From Candidatus Moraniibacteriota bacterium (GTDB lineage Bacteria > Patescibacteriota > Minisyncoccia > Moranbacterales > UBA1568): a stretch of 51,601 nt of DNA. Within the stretch, counting starts at the first letter, position 1, and each line of letters starts with the position of its first letter. The notes under the pieces were generated by a model. It saw only the letters and a program-made list of their open reading frames with translations, was not told where the DNA came from and did not search any database. Shown piece after piece: positions 9,190 to 18,196 of this stretch. The DNA is taken from NCBI GenBank assembly GCA_903859375.1, contig CAIOMK010000033.1, positions 1 to 51,601 on the forward strand. Direction: 5' to 3'. A program made the translations under genes and the position numbers.

Positions 9190-9897
9190 ATGAATCATAT
9201 GGACAACATTTTTGACTACAAAAAGTTTTCCGAATTACTCGGCGTAGAAATGCGCAATCGTGACCTTTTTCAGGAGTCAATCACGCACCGTTCGTACTTG
9301 AACGAGCACCGTGGATACAAACTGGAGCACAATGAGCGCCTCGAATTTCTCGGGGATGCCGTTCTCGAGCTTATCGTGACGGATCATCTCTATCTCAACT
9401 TTCCGAATCCGGAAGGGGATTTGACAAGCTTCCGTGCCGCTATCGTGAATGGGGAAATCCTTGCCGAGATCGCTTTCAGAATCGGTCTGGGTGATTTCCT
9501 GCTTATGAGCAAAGGCGAGGCCAAGGATACCGGCCGTGCCCGTATGTGGCTTCTTTCGAATGCAATCGAAGCCGTGATCGGTGCGCTCTATCTCGACCAG
9601 GGGTATGACGCCGCCAAGAAATTTATCGATGCCAATATCATTTCGGAACTGCCGAGAGTGATCGAGAGTGGCCTGTATACCGACCCGAAGAGCCGATTCC
9701 AGGAAGTATCGCAGGAAAAGACCGGCATCACGCCGTCATATCGCATCATGAAAGAATGGGGGCCGGATCACGATCGTCACTTTACGGCCGGCGTCTTTCT
9801 CGGTGAGAGCCTGATAGCCGAAGGTGAAGGCGCGTCCAAGCAGGAAGCCCAGCGAAATGCCGCCGCTGAAGGGATCAAAGAAAAGGGCTGGCAGTAG
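9190..9897 (+). CDS. rnc: Ribonuclease III
   Basis: RNase III signature NERLEFLGDAVLEL, plus a C-terminal dsRBD (KSRFQE...GEGASKQEAQRNAAAEG). Confidence 0.93.
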   Translation: MNHMDNIFDYKKFSELLGVEMRNRDLFQESITHRSYLNEHRGYKLEHNERLEFLGDAVLELIVTDHLYLNFPNPEGDLTSFRAAIVNGEILAEIAFRIGLGDFLLMSKGEAKDTGRARMWLLSNAIEAVIGALYLDQGYDAAKKFIDANIISELPRVIESGLYTDPKSRFQEVSQEKTGITPSYRIMKEWGPDHDRHFTAGVFLGESLIAEGEGASKQEAQRNAAAEGIKEKGWQ

Positions 9898-9907
9898 ACA
9901 GTCCATA

Positions 9908-9935
9908 AAGTCGAAAGTCATAAGTTGAAAGTATA
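9908..9935 (+). repeat. Heptad array in the rnc 3' UTR
   Basis: aagtcga aagtcat aagttga aagtata, starting 11 nt after the rnc stop. Confidence 0.8.
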
Positions 9936-10020
9936 CCCAGTGATCGTGACCTCACGATGTTACGGGGCGTGCCACTGAGATGATCCGCGACTGGCGGAGA
10001 ATTATACGAGGTGAAAGGAA

Positions 10021-10043
10021 AACGGGTTCAGGCCTGTTTTTTT
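10021..10043 (+). terminator. Weak candidate intrinsic terminator downstream of rnc
   Basis: aacggg-ttcagg-cctgtt stem including one G-U pair, followed by a T7 run. Confidence 0.35.
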
Positions 10044-10067
10044 AGTACCTTCTCCGTATTTCAGTTT

Positions 10068-10120
10068 GTACCGATAATACGCGGTCGCGTATCATCGGTA
10101 CATTTCTTCAATCGTTTTTT
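10068..10120 (+). terminator. Long hairpin followed by a T-rich tract
   Basis: gtaccgat/atcggtac outer stem and atacgc/gcgtat inner stem (about 14 bp in total), then atttcttcaatcgttttttt. Confidence 0.45.
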
Positions 10121-10266
10121 TGTCGCTTGGCGCCGGTATTGTGTCTGCGAATTCTCTGTTTCCTTCACACAACTTTCCTCTGATGGTAGTCGAATTATTA
10201 TTGCTACTCGTCCTACGATGTTTGTGATGCCCGCTATGAACGTATGATACGTGGTTGTTTTCGGGC

Positions 10267-10548
10267 ATGCGGATAAATGGAAGAAAACCAGACTACAGAT
10301 GGGAATTTCAGGGAAGTTGCTCTCTTGTCTCTTTTAGCTCTGATATCATACCCTCTCTCACGCCTGCTTTGTTTTTGAATGCCCTTTTCTTTTCTGTTTT
10401 GAACGTACTCATATACCGCTGTGGGGCCGTATATTCCCGCAATGATTCGGATCGAATGAAACGATTGACATGGATTGTTTTATATTGGGGCGTAGTTGCT
10501 GTTCTTTTTATGATTTTAGTCTTTTTGTTCACCGCTTCTCATCAATAA
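10267..10548 (+). CDS. Possible small membrane protein (about 93 aa, two hydrophobic segments)
   Basis: The only ORF with membrane-like segments (ALFLNALFFSVLNVLIY and WIVLYWGVVAVLFMILVFLF) in an otherwise non-coding 800-bp gap. No SD and no recognised homology. Confidence 0.3.
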   Translation: MRINGRKPDYRWEFQGSCSLVSFSSDIIPSLTPALFLNALFFSVLNVLIYRCGAVYSRNDSDRMKRLTWIVLYWGVVAVLFMILVFLFTASHQ

Positions 10549-10585
10549 TTCGGTCATCTTTGAAGTGGAGCCTTTTTGGCATATC

Positions 10586-10594
10586 TGGTATAAT
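10586..10594 (+). promoter_or_regulatory. Extended -10 promoter (TGGTATAAT) upstream of the SMC-like gene
   Basis: Exact TGnTATAAT match about 100 nt upstream of the 10698 start. Confidence 0.55.
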
Positions 10595-10697
10595 CGGGGG
10601 AGATACGTGGAATGAGAAGAGATTGCCCAAGCAAGGGATTTTTTGTCTTATATTCACCATTGCTGATTTCGGACCTTTTCTTCACTGATCTTCCCCG

Positions 10698-12995
10698 ATG
10701 TTTTTACGTAAAGTTGAAATTTCAGGATTCAAATCGTTCGCCGATCGGACGGTTTTTGACTTTGCTCCGGGCGATGCCGGTGCGATCCGTCAGCTCGGTA
10801 TCACGGCAATCGTGGGCCCGAACGGGTCGGGCAAGTCCAATGTGGCCGATGCGATACGATGGGCTATCGGCGAACAATCATCCAAGAACCTTCGTGGCAA
10901 GAAGTCCGAGGACGTGATATTCGGCGGGACGGCAAAACGTGGCAAGGTGGGGAGCGCGTCGGTCACGCTCCATTTTGAGAATCACGATCATCGCATCCCG
11001 ATCGAGTACGAGGAGGTCTCCATACGACGCAAACTGCACCGGAGCGGGGAGAGCGAGTTTCTCATCAACGGAGCCAAAGTCCGATTGCTCGACATCGTCG
11101 ATCTGTTGGCTAAGTCCGGTATCGGCAAAGACAGCTATTGCGTCATCACGCAGGGCATGAGCGATGCTGTCCTCAATGCGACCGCTTCGGAACGCCGTTC
11201 TATTTTCGAGGATGCAGCCGGGGTCAAACAGTATCAGATACAGAAGGAACGCGCCCTGCGGAAACTTGCCTCGACAAGAGAGAACCTGGCCCGCGTCGAT
11301 ACGCTCCTGATCGAGATCGAACCGCACCTCAAGATGCTCCGTCGTCAGGCGGAACGTGCTTTGCAGGGGAAGGACGTCGCCGCGCGGTTGCTGTCGAGAC
11401 AACTCGAGCTCTACGGGTTCCTGTGGCACTCTTTTCAGGGTGAACGGGGTGGATTGTCACAGGAGCGTGAAAACCTCGCCCGGGCGTCGGGGATGCTCGA
11501 GCGTGAGACGGATACGCTTCGTGAAGAGGTCGCCACGCTTACTGGAACGCTTGAGGACGGCGGTCAGCAAGACGCGTTGTCACAGGACGCGAATCGTTTT
11601 CGGGATGAGCTCAATACTGTCGAACGTGAAGCGGCCATCATGTCGGGACGGATAGAGGCGGAGCGCGAGCGTCAGAAGGACCGCGAGGAAATCAGGACTA
11701 TACCCGTCGATCTCGGTTATATACGAAAGGCGCTCGATGTGATTCGCACGAATCAGAATACCTTGTTCGATCGACTCGGACTTGTTGAAAAACTCGAGGA
11801 TATCCAGGATATCCGGGAATTCGCGCGCGCCATCGGACAGGAACTTGTCGATCTCGACGTGAAAGTGGAGGCGGGCAAGGTGACGGAGAAAGTCATCATC
11901 TCCCTTCCTGAGAATGAGAAACGCGAGAGTGACGCCAGACTTTCGACATACGTTGCTGAGAAGGAGGCTCTCGGGAAGCGCTCGGAGGCGATCCGAATAT
12001 TGATAACCGAAAAGGAAACGGCTCTCACTGCCGAACGGGAGAAGGGTCGCGAAGCCCGAGAACGGTATTTCCGTATCGAACGGCAGGTTCGCGAAAAGGA
12101 TCGCGAGCTGTCTTCGGCAAAGGACCGGTTGAACGATGTGAAAGTCCGACTGGCACGGGTGGAAGTCCGCGAGGAAGACCTGATCAACGAGGTCCGCGAG
12201 GAACTTCGGACGGATGTCCGCGAATTGACCTGGGACGGGGAATCACGAGATCGCGATACGCTTACTCGTGATATTATCCGGCTCAAGGGCGAAGTGGAAC
12301 GTATCGGTGCCATCGACCCGCTCATAGCCGAGGAATACGGGGAGACCGACAAGCGGTTCACGTTTCTCTCGACCGAATCGGCCGATCTCAGAAGTGCGAT
12401 GCTGTCGCTCGAAACGGTCATCAAGGAAATGGACGAGCGTATCGAGAATGAATTCTCTTCGGCGTTCGGTGAGATCGCAAAAAAATTCGAGCACTACTTC
12501 GCACTCATCTTCAATGGAGGCAAAGCTGAACTCATACGGACGAAGCCGAAGTCCCGTCGCATCGTCGGGACGGACGAGGACAGTGATATCCCCGAGGAAG
12601 ACGCCGCTGCGGAGGCGCCCGGTATCGAGATTTTCGCCTGCCCGCCCGGGAAAAAGATCACGAATCTCTCCGCATTGTCCGGCGGGGAACGTTCGCTTAC
12701 CTCACTCGCGCTCCTCTTTGCGATCATCTCTCATAATCCTCCGCCGTTCGCCGTCCTCGACGAAGTCGAAGCCGCGCTCGACGAGGCGAATTCGAAACGT
12801 TTCAGCAAGGTGCTATCCGAGCTTTCCGAGCGGACCCAATTTATCGTCATATCCCATAACCGTGAAACCATGCGACAAGCCGGGCTCCTGTATGGCGTGA
12901 CCATGGGTGACGACGGCTCTTCCCAGGTGCTGTCTTTGCGCATTGGGGACGTGGAGAGTCTGTCCCATGATCCGGGTGGGAATAAAGCGGGTTGA
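10698..12995 (+). CDS. smc: SMC-like chromosome-segregation ATPase, unusually short (765 aa), no hinge recognised
   Basis: N-terminal head MFLRKVEISGFKSFADRT...IVGPNGSGKSNVADAIRW and C-terminal head LSGGERSLTSLALLFAI...FAVLDEVEAALD, joined by about 450 aa of coiled-coil-like E/R/L-rich sequence. Confidence 0.85.
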   Translation: MFLRKVEISGFKSFADRTVFDFAPGDAGAIRQLGITAIVGPNGSGKSNVADAIRWAIGEQSSKNLRGKKSEDVIFGGTAKRGKVGSASVTLHFENHDHRIPIEYEEVSIRRKLHRSGESEFLINGAKVRLLDIVDLLAKSGIGKDSYCVITQGMSDAVLNATASERRSIFEDAAGVKQYQIQKERALRKLASTRENLARVDTLLIEIEPHLKMLRRQAERALQGKDVAARLLSRQLELYGFLWHSFQGERGGLSQERENLARASGMLERETDTLREEVATLTGTLEDGGQQDALSQDANRFRDELNTVEREAAIMSGRIEAERERQKDREEIRTIPVDLGYIRKALDVIRTNQNTLFDRLGLVEKLEDIQDIREFARAIGQELVDLDVKVEAGKVTEKVIISLPENEKRESDARLSTYVAEKEALGKRSEAIRILITEKETALTAEREKGREARERYFRIERQVREKDRELSSAKDRLNDVKVRLARVEVREEDLINEVREELRTDVRELTWDGESRDRDTLTRDIIRLKGEVERIGAIDPLIAEEYGETDKRFTFLSTESADLRSAMLSLETVIKEMDERIENEFSSAFGEIAKKFEHYFALIFNGGKAELIRTKPKSRRIVGTDEDSDIPEEDAAAEAPGIEIFACPPGKKITNLSALSGGERSLTSLALLFAIISHNPPPFAVLDEVEAALDEANSKRFSKVLSELSERTQFIVISHNRETMRQAGLLYGVTMGDDGSSQVLSLRIGDVESLSHDPGGNKAG

Positions 12996-13020
12996 CAGGG
13001 TTCCTTTCCTGCGGTATGAT
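12992..13020 (+). promoter_or_regulatory. Near-consensus sigma-70 promoter for rpsP
   Basis: TTGACA (12992-12997), a 17-nt spacer, then TATGAT (13015-13020). It overlaps the smc stop codon. Confidence 0.7.
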
Positions 13021-13066
13021 GCTTTTTGATAGTCAGTGACCGTCTTTTTTCGTTTTTATAGCCACT

Positions 13067-13429
13067 ATGCTTACCATCCGTTTCAACCGTACCGGCAAGA
13101 AGAACCGCGCGTCATTCCGTATCGCGCTCCAAGAGAAGGCCAAGGCCCCGAATCATCGTCATGTCGAAGTTCTCGGCAGCTATGATCCTCATTCCAAGGT
13201 TGTCGTGCTCAAAAAAGAACGTATCCTTCATTGGATCGGGCTTGGTGCTCAGGCGTCCGACTCGGTACACAATCTCCTCGTGAAGGAGGGTGTGGTCACG
13301 GGAAAGAAGACCGCCATCAAGATGGTCCGTCCGGTAAAGAAGGAAGAACCGGTTGTGGAAGTGGTCGCGGAGGCGGTTGTGGAGGCTGAAGTGAAGCCGG
13401 AAACAGTCGTGGAAGCGGCAACGAAGTAG
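13067..13429 (+). CDS. rpsP: 30S ribosomal protein S16 with a C-terminal V/E-rich extension
   Basis: MLTIRFNRTGKKNRASFRI...VLGSYDP is the canonical S16 N-terminus. Confidence 0.92.
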   Translation: MLTIRFNRTGKKNRASFRIALQEKAKAPNHRHVEVLGSYDPHSKVVVLKKERILHWIGLGAQASDSVHNLLVKEGVVTGKKTAIKMVRPVKKEEPVVEVVAEAVVEAEVKPETVVEAATK

Positions 13430-13458
13430 TTGACGGTCGTCCCGGAAAAAGGTATTCT
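13430..13458 (+). promoter_or_regulatory. Sigma-70-like promoter for rplJ-rplL
   Basis: TTGACG (13430-13435), a 17-nt spacer, then TATTCT (13453-13458). Confidence 0.6.
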
Positions 13459-13482
13459 GGGACATACAATACATATCGGATT

Positions 13483-13568
13483 CCGCAGAAATGGGGCGTG
13501 GTGGCGAAAGCTGCCTGGAAGTCCCCATGAGGAGCCGGTCGCGATTCGCGACCTTTCCTGATCTGCGG
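13483..13568 (+). promoter_or_regulatory. Structured 5' leader of rplJ (candidate ribosomal protein L10 leader)
   Basis: Closing helix ccgcaga (13483-13489) with tctgcgg (13562-13568), inner helix atgggg/ccccat, and hairpin ggtcgcg-attc-gcgacc. It lies between the promoter and the rplJ start. Confidence 0.45.
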
Positions 13569-13602
13569 TTCACACCGGAGATTTTTTTATTTGAAGAACC
13601 GT

Positions 13603-14127
13603 ATGATGAAACGAGCAGAAAAGGAGGCACTCCTCAAGGAAATCGTCATCGAGGCGAAGGCTGCGAAGTCAATCGTCTTCTCGGATTACAAGGGCGTGAC
13701 CGTCAAGCAGCTTTCCGCACTCCGTAGTGAGCTTCGCAAGGACGGTACCCGTTTCAAGGTCCTGAAAAAGACGATTCTCAATATCGCGCTTCGGGAGGCG
13801 GGCATCGATGTCGATGCGAAGAAACTCGAGGGACAGGTCGGTGTGGCATTCGCGAAAGACGAAGTGTCGGCGGCCAAGACAATCGCCAATTTCGTGAAAG
13901 CGAACAAGAACACCAATCTGACGATTGTCGGAGGTGCGCTCGAAGGAAAGAGCCTTACGGCTGCGGAAGTCAACGCGCTCGCGAAACTCCCTTCGAAAGA
14001 CGAAATGCGCGGCATACTCGCCGGTACGCTCCAGGCACCGATCGCCTCGTTCGTCCGGACATTGGAAGCCAACATTTCCGGTTTTGTCAGGGTGTTGAAG
14101 GCGGTATCGGATTCGAAGGTCTCCTAA
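13603..14127 (+). CDS. rplJ: 50S ribosomal protein L10
   Basis: KKEALLKEI...SIVFSDYKGVTVKQLSALRSELRK is a typical L10 N-terminus. It sits immediately upstream of rplL. The start is set at the first ATG (13603; the ORF track starts at TTG 13591). Confidence 0.9.
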   Translation: MMKRAEKEALLKEIVIEAKAAKSIVFSDYKGVTVKQLSALRSELRKDGTRFKVLKKTILNIALREAGIDVDAKKLEGQVGVAFAKDEVSAAKTIANFVKANKNTNLTIVGGALEGKSLTAAEVNALAKLPSKDEMRGILAGTLQAPIASFVRTLEANISGFVRVLKAVSDSKVS

Positions 14128-14242
14128 TTTCGGTTTCAAGGGTTTCATTGTTGCGCTGTCAGACGATTGAAAAAAGGTTCAGTCATCCGACAGTGTAGCA
14201 ATGGGGCTATAGGAAAATGTAATTCATTAGTCATACAAGACT

Positions 14243-14647
14243 ATGTCAGAAGAAAAAGAGGTAGTAGTGGTGCCGGCGAAGTTCGTGAAGCTTGTCGAGG
14301 AAATCGAGAAGATGAGCGTGCTCGACCTGTCTGAGCTCGTGAAGGTGCTCGAGGAGAAGTTCGGTGTATCAGCGGCAGCCCCGATGGTCATGGGCGCGGT
14401 AGCGGGCGGTGCGGCAGCCGAGGAGGTCGTGGAGAAGACCGAATTCGACGTCGAGCTCATCGCGATCGGTGATCAGAAGATCAACGTCATCAAGGCGGTT
14501 CGTGAGGCGACCGGACTCGGACTCAAGGAGGCCAAGGACCTCGTCGACGCGGCCCCGAAAGTGATCAAGGAGAAGATCGCCAAGGCCGAGGCCGAGGAAG
14601 TGAAGAAGAAGCTTGAGGCCGCAGGTGCGACCGTGACGATCAAATAA
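14243..14647 (+). CDS. rplL: 50S ribosomal protein L7/L12
   Basis: N-terminal dimerisation helix, an Ala-rich hinge ([18 protein letters not shown]), and a C-terminal domain [23 protein letters not shown]. Confidence 0.96.
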   Translation: MSEEKEVVVVPAKFVKLVEEIEKMSVLDLSELVKVLEEKFGVSAAAPMVMGAVAGGAAAEEVVEKTEFDVELIAIGDQKINVIKAVREATGLGLKEAKDLVDAAPKVIKEKIAKAEAEEVKKKLEAAGATVTIK

Positions 14648-14670
14648 GGTCACGACACTGCATGTCCCCG

Positions 14671-14706
14671 AAAACGCCCGGCATACGCCGGGCGTTTTTC
14701 TTTTGC
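14671..14706 (+). terminator. Intrinsic terminator of rplJL
   Basis: aaaacgcccggc-atac-gccgggcgtttt perfect stem followed by ttcttttg. Confidence 0.9.
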
Positions 14707-14802
14707 CTGTCGAAGTGAATAGCGTGTGAGCCTTTACAAAAATACACTTTTGTTGTATGCTTCTTTGGTGTTCGTTCCTTTCCAACTCTAAACATGTGAA
14801 TC

Positions 14803-15249
14803 ATGGATGTCGCGCTTTCGTACCCACGTGCCCCGTTGTTCGGTCAGAAGGTGAAAAAAACGATGATCGAGGAAATCATCGGAGATCTGAGATTGTTTGA
14901 TCGGTTCATCGAGCGTCCAAAGGGCGAGGATCCGAGACCTCCTCTGTTGAAGTTTCTCTTGGAGAAAAGACATATAACGGAGAAGGACCTGGAAGAAGCG
15001 GTTCATAGTCGGCTTATCGAGGCCGGAGGAAGGATGGTTGATGTGTTACTGAAGTCAGGGGATTATGCGGATCATCTCGGTTCCTTGCCGGTACTCGGCT
15101 ATGCTATGAGATTTTGGATTATCCATCCTGAGGACTATGACAAACTCCATTTTGATCATGGGGATACTCCTCAAGGAGTCATACGATCGTCCGAAGGTCT
15201 GATTGAGCATGTAGTGAAACAATTGTTGACACCGTATGAGAAGCCTTGA
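14803..15249 (+). CDS. Hypothetical protein (148 aa)
   Basis: ATG ORF with its own TTTACA-17-TATGCT promoter-like sequence upstream (about 14737-14765) and a terminator downstream. No family recognised. Confidence 0.5.
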   Translation: MDVALSYPRAPLFGQKVKKTMIEEIIGDLRLFDRFIERPKGEDPRPPLLKFLLEKRHITEKDLEEAVHSRLIEAGGRMVDVLLKSGDYADHLGSLPVLGYAMRFWIIHPEDYDKLHFDHGDTPQGVIRSSEGLIEHVVKQLLTPYEKP

Positions 15250-15285
15250 TTGAAATGCCACAGCCCCAGATCTTTTTTGAAAAAC

Positions 15286-15320
15286 GCCCGGAACATATAC
15301 GTTCCGGGCTTTGAATTTTA
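15286..15320 (+). terminator. Intrinsic terminator
   Basis: cccggaac-atatac-gttccggg stem followed by ctttgaatttt. Confidence 0.7.
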
Positions 15321-15408
15321 TGAAGAGGGGTGTGACGGATGGCTGATTATGGGGTATACTGCATGGATGGAGATACTGACGGTCACGTAATAATTCGTTT
15401 CTTTTTTT

Positions 15409-16038
15409 ATGGAATATTTTGGATTCGATCTCATCGAGGTCATAAAAACGGCCGGGTATGCGGGACTGTTCGGTATCGTCTTCGCTGAGACAGGACTTTT
15501 TCTCGGTTTTTTCCTTCCCGGAGACAGTCTGATCTTCGTCGCCGGATTTCTTGCCTCGCAGGGGTTTTTCGGTCCGGTATTTCTCTCCGCGGTCCTGTTC
15601 GTGGCGGCATTCACCGGCAATATCGCCGGGTATGAATTCGGTCGACGGGTCGGGCCGAAACTGTTTTCCCGTGAGGACTCATTCCTGTTCCGCAAGGATC
15701 ATGTGGAGAAGACCAAACGGTTCTATGACAAATACGGTGGCAAGACGGTCATGATCGCACGATTTGTGCCGATCGTCCGCACTTTCGCTCCGATTCTGGC
15801 CGGTGTGGCGCAGATGAAATATTCTGTTTTCCTCGCGTACAATCTCGCCGGTGCGGCATTGTGGACGATCGGACTCGTCTATCTCGGATATTTTCTCGGG
15901 ACACGGGTACCGAATATCGACAAGTATCTCCTTCCGATCGTGATCGTGATCGTGGTTGCCTCGGTCCTGCCCGGCGCATGGCATCTCTATCGTGACCAAC
16001 AGGAAGCATCGCGGGAAAAAGCCGCGAAGGGCGAATAG
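15409..16038 (+). CDS. DedA/SNARE-associated (VTT domain) membrane protein
   Basis: FAETGLFLGFFLPGDSLIFVAGFL and GGKTVMIARFVPIVRTFAPILAG motifs, with a multi-pass hydrophobic profile. Confidence 0.88.
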   Translation: MEYFGFDLIEVIKTAGYAGLFGIVFAETGLFLGFFLPGDSLIFVAGFLASQGFFGPVFLSAVLFVAAFTGNIAGYEFGRRVGPKLFSREDSFLFRKDHVEKTKRFYDKYGGKTVMIARFVPIVRTFAPILAGVAQMKYSVFLAYNLAGAALWTIGLVYLGYFLGTRVPNIDKYLLPIVIVIVVASVLPGAWHLYRDQQEASREKAAKGE

Positions 16039-16055
16039 AAAGCGATTGTGATAAG

Positions 16056-16094
16056 CGGCTTCCCGGTAATGAAAACCTGGGGAGCCGTTTTCTG
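16056..16094 (+). terminator. Intrinsic terminator after the DedA gene
   Basis: cggcttccc pairs with ggggagccg (9 bp including one G-U), followed by ttttctg. Confidence 0.6.
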
Positions 16095-16101
16095 TTATAA
16101 T
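16093..16101 (+). promoter_or_regulatory. Extended -10 promoter (TGTTATAAT)
   Basis: Exact TGnTATAAT match 21 nt upstream of the ATG at 16122. Confidence 0.55.
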
Positions 16102-16121
16102 AGGAGTACTGTTCTTCATAT

Positions 16122-17351
16122 ATGACATTTTTTAGGCGACCAAAAACGAGGAACATGGTAATCGTGCCGGCCTTGCTTGCCGGGGTTGTTTCGGCATCAT
16201 TTTTAGTACAATCGCGCCTGGAAGGGGAGAAACTGACAGTCGGGCAACCGGAACCGTCTGTCGTGACTGAAACAAGTACGGTCAAGACGATGCCTCTTTT
16301 GCCGGAGACTCCGCCCGTGCCGACAGGCCTCCTTGGGGAGACGCTCGGTCCGCCTCCGCCGTTTCCGTCGATAGATCGGATGAAGAAACAGGGATGTATC
16401 GCGGACGGTCTTTTGAACGGTGATTTCCCGGGCGATGGCAAGACACTCAGTCTCATCAACCGGTCGGATTGCTATTATCTCCACCGTTCCATCGAGACGT
16501 GGCTCTCTCCGCCGGACTTCGAGACGATCGACAAGAACCGCAAGGATCTTCGTGACGGGTTTGTGCTGGGCATGTTTCTCGCCGAAGCGATCGATATCAG
16601 GGCACATTATGAGTATCCGCAAGAGGGGCGCGAGTTCGACTTCGGGGAGATGTGCCGTTCCGGTTCAAAGAATTTTTGGGGGGAACACACCTGTAAGCCG
16701 TATCTTCCGAGCGAGGAATACCAGGCGTATCTCCGTTTCATCACGCGTCGCGCGATCGATCGAGGCGTGCAGGTGTTCATGTTCGGACAAGTGTATCTTC
16801 AGGACACGAACGATCTCGCGAAGTCGCCCATAAGCGATATCATCGCCGACATGCGCGAGTATGCGGCCTCGCATGACATGGATATCCTGGTCGGTGCACA
16901 GACGAACGACATAACCGACCCCGTATATCTGTCGAAATTCGATTTCATCGAAGGCGGTGTCGGACTGTCTCCGGAAGGGACGGTCGAGAACGGCCCGTGT
17001 TATTCGCGCTGGTGGAAGAAAGAAGGTGACTGGTGTTGGGGGCTGTTGTGGAACGACCGGTACGTCAAGAAAGCGAGGAACGTTTTCGTCCATTATGATT
17101 GGAGCGGCGTGATCGGTGATGACATGAGCGTCCTGACCCGGATGGATGAGGTCGACCGGCACGCGGCGACGGCACGACTGCATACGTATTTCGTCTCGAA
17201 GAATGTCGGTTTTCTCCTGCCGTTTCTCGCACCGCTCGCCAAGGAAAACGGCGGGTGTATCGGACCGTCGAGACATTATTACACGGCCGATGACAAATTC
17301 TCGTGCAATGATGAGGACGCTTGGAATGCGATATTGAAAGGGAAGCTGTGA
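16122..17351 (+). CDS. Hypothetical exported or membrane-anchored protein (409 aa)
   Basis: N-terminal basic region plus a hydrophobic segment (RNMVIVPALLAGVVSASFLV), and a Cys/Trp-rich globular part. No family recognised. Confidence 0.65.
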   Translation: MTFFRRPKTRNMVIVPALLAGVVSASFLVQSRLEGEKLTVGQPEPSVVTETSTVKTMPLLPETPPVPTGLLGETLGPPPPFPSIDRMKKQGCIADGLLNGDFPGDGKTLSLINRSDCYYLHRSIETWLSPPDFETIDKNRKDLRDGFVLGMFLAEAIDIRAHYEYPQEGREFDFGEMCRSGSKNFWGEHTCKPYLPSEEYQAYLRFITRRAIDRGVQVFMFGQVYLQDTNDLAKSPISDIIADMREYAASHDMDILVGAQTNDITDPVYLSKFDFIEGGVGLSPEGTVENGPCYSRWWKKEGDWCWGLLWNDRYVKKARNVFVHYDWSGVIGDDMSVLTRMDEVDRHAATARLHTYFVSKNVGFLLPFLAPLAKENGGCIGPSRHYYTADDKFSCNDEDAWNAILKGKL

Positions 17352-17428
17352 GACGCGGGGAGCGGTTTGCAATGTTCGTAAAGGTATAGTGTCGTAAGGC
17401 TCGTACGGTCGCCGGTTGAAGAACGAAT

Positions 17429-17650
17429 ATGAAAATATCAGTCACGGTGAAACCGAATGCGAAAGAAGAGCATGTCGTCGCGCAAGATGACGGGAGTTTC
17501 GTCGTCTCCGTGAAGGCGCCCAGTCGGGAGGGGAAGGCGAATGGTCGATTGATGAAAGTGCTCGCGACGCACTTCGGTGTCGCTCCGTCATGTGTGTGTA
17601 TCATCTTGGGTGCCTCGTCGCGGAAGAAGATCGTCGAAGTGACGCTGTGA
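17429..17650 (+). CDS. DUF167 (YggU-like) family protein
   Basis: ISVTVKPNAKEE...V.VKAPSREGKANGRLMKVLATHFGV...ILGASSRKKIVEV matches the DUF167 pattern. Confidence 0.8.
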   Translation: MKISVTVKPNAKEEHVVAQDDGSFVVSVKAPSREGKANGRLMKVLATHFGVAPSCVCIILGASSRKKIVEVTL

Positions 17651-17820
17651 CGGTCGTTTCCGACCGTGTCGTGGATGACCGGAACATGGCTGTGAGGAGA
17701 CTGCCCATTGACGGAATGGGTGTTTTGTGCAAGTCTCAGCTGAGAGTCGTCTCGGAATTCACCGCACGGATGTCGAGATTTCCAGCCGTATTTTTACAAC
17801 AAAACATTCGGAGAATGAAT

Positions 17821-18147
17821 ATGAAAAATGATATCGTACGAGTCATCTCAAAAAAGTATTCCGACCCGGATCTGCTTCATTTTGCCGATGCGGTCGCGGA
17901 ATTCATCGAGACCATCGCCATGAGCCAGTATGATTATGTCGGGAAAGCGGATGTCGGGAGGGAGGAGTCGATACGTGAAGTTGTGCGACGATATGACGCG
18001 CTCAACGACAGGGTCGACGCGATGAAGATCAGGATACATGCACGTGTCATCCTCAGCTGTGCCGCGGTGTATCCTTTTTCCGACCGGAAGCTCTCGAGTC
18101 TTGTCGCGGGAGAGGTGTTGCCGCTGCTCGAGCGGTTCGAATATTGA
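17821..18147 (+). CDS. Hypothetical protein, tandem paralogue A (108 aa)
   Basis: GGAGA lies 8 nt upstream of the ATG at 17821. It aligns by eye with the next gene (LLHFADAVAEFIETI vs LLEFAESVTNFIDLI, and LLERFE vs LLDVFE). Confidence 0.55.
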   Translation: MKNDIVRVISKKYSDPDLLHFADAVAEFIETIAMSQYDYVGKADVGREESIREVVRRYDALNDRVDAMKIRIHARVILSCAAVYPFSDRKLSSLVAGEVLPLLERFEY

Positions 18148-18196
18148 ACGGGAACGAATCGTATACGATTTTTTGTGAACGAAAAAAAGGAGGAAC

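Noticed and set aside
17590-17820. N-terminal extension of the 17821 gene (185-aa ORF)
   Set aside because: It overlaps the end of the DUF167 gene and lacks an SD. A GGAGA-N8-ATG at 17821 gives a product equal in length to its paralogue.
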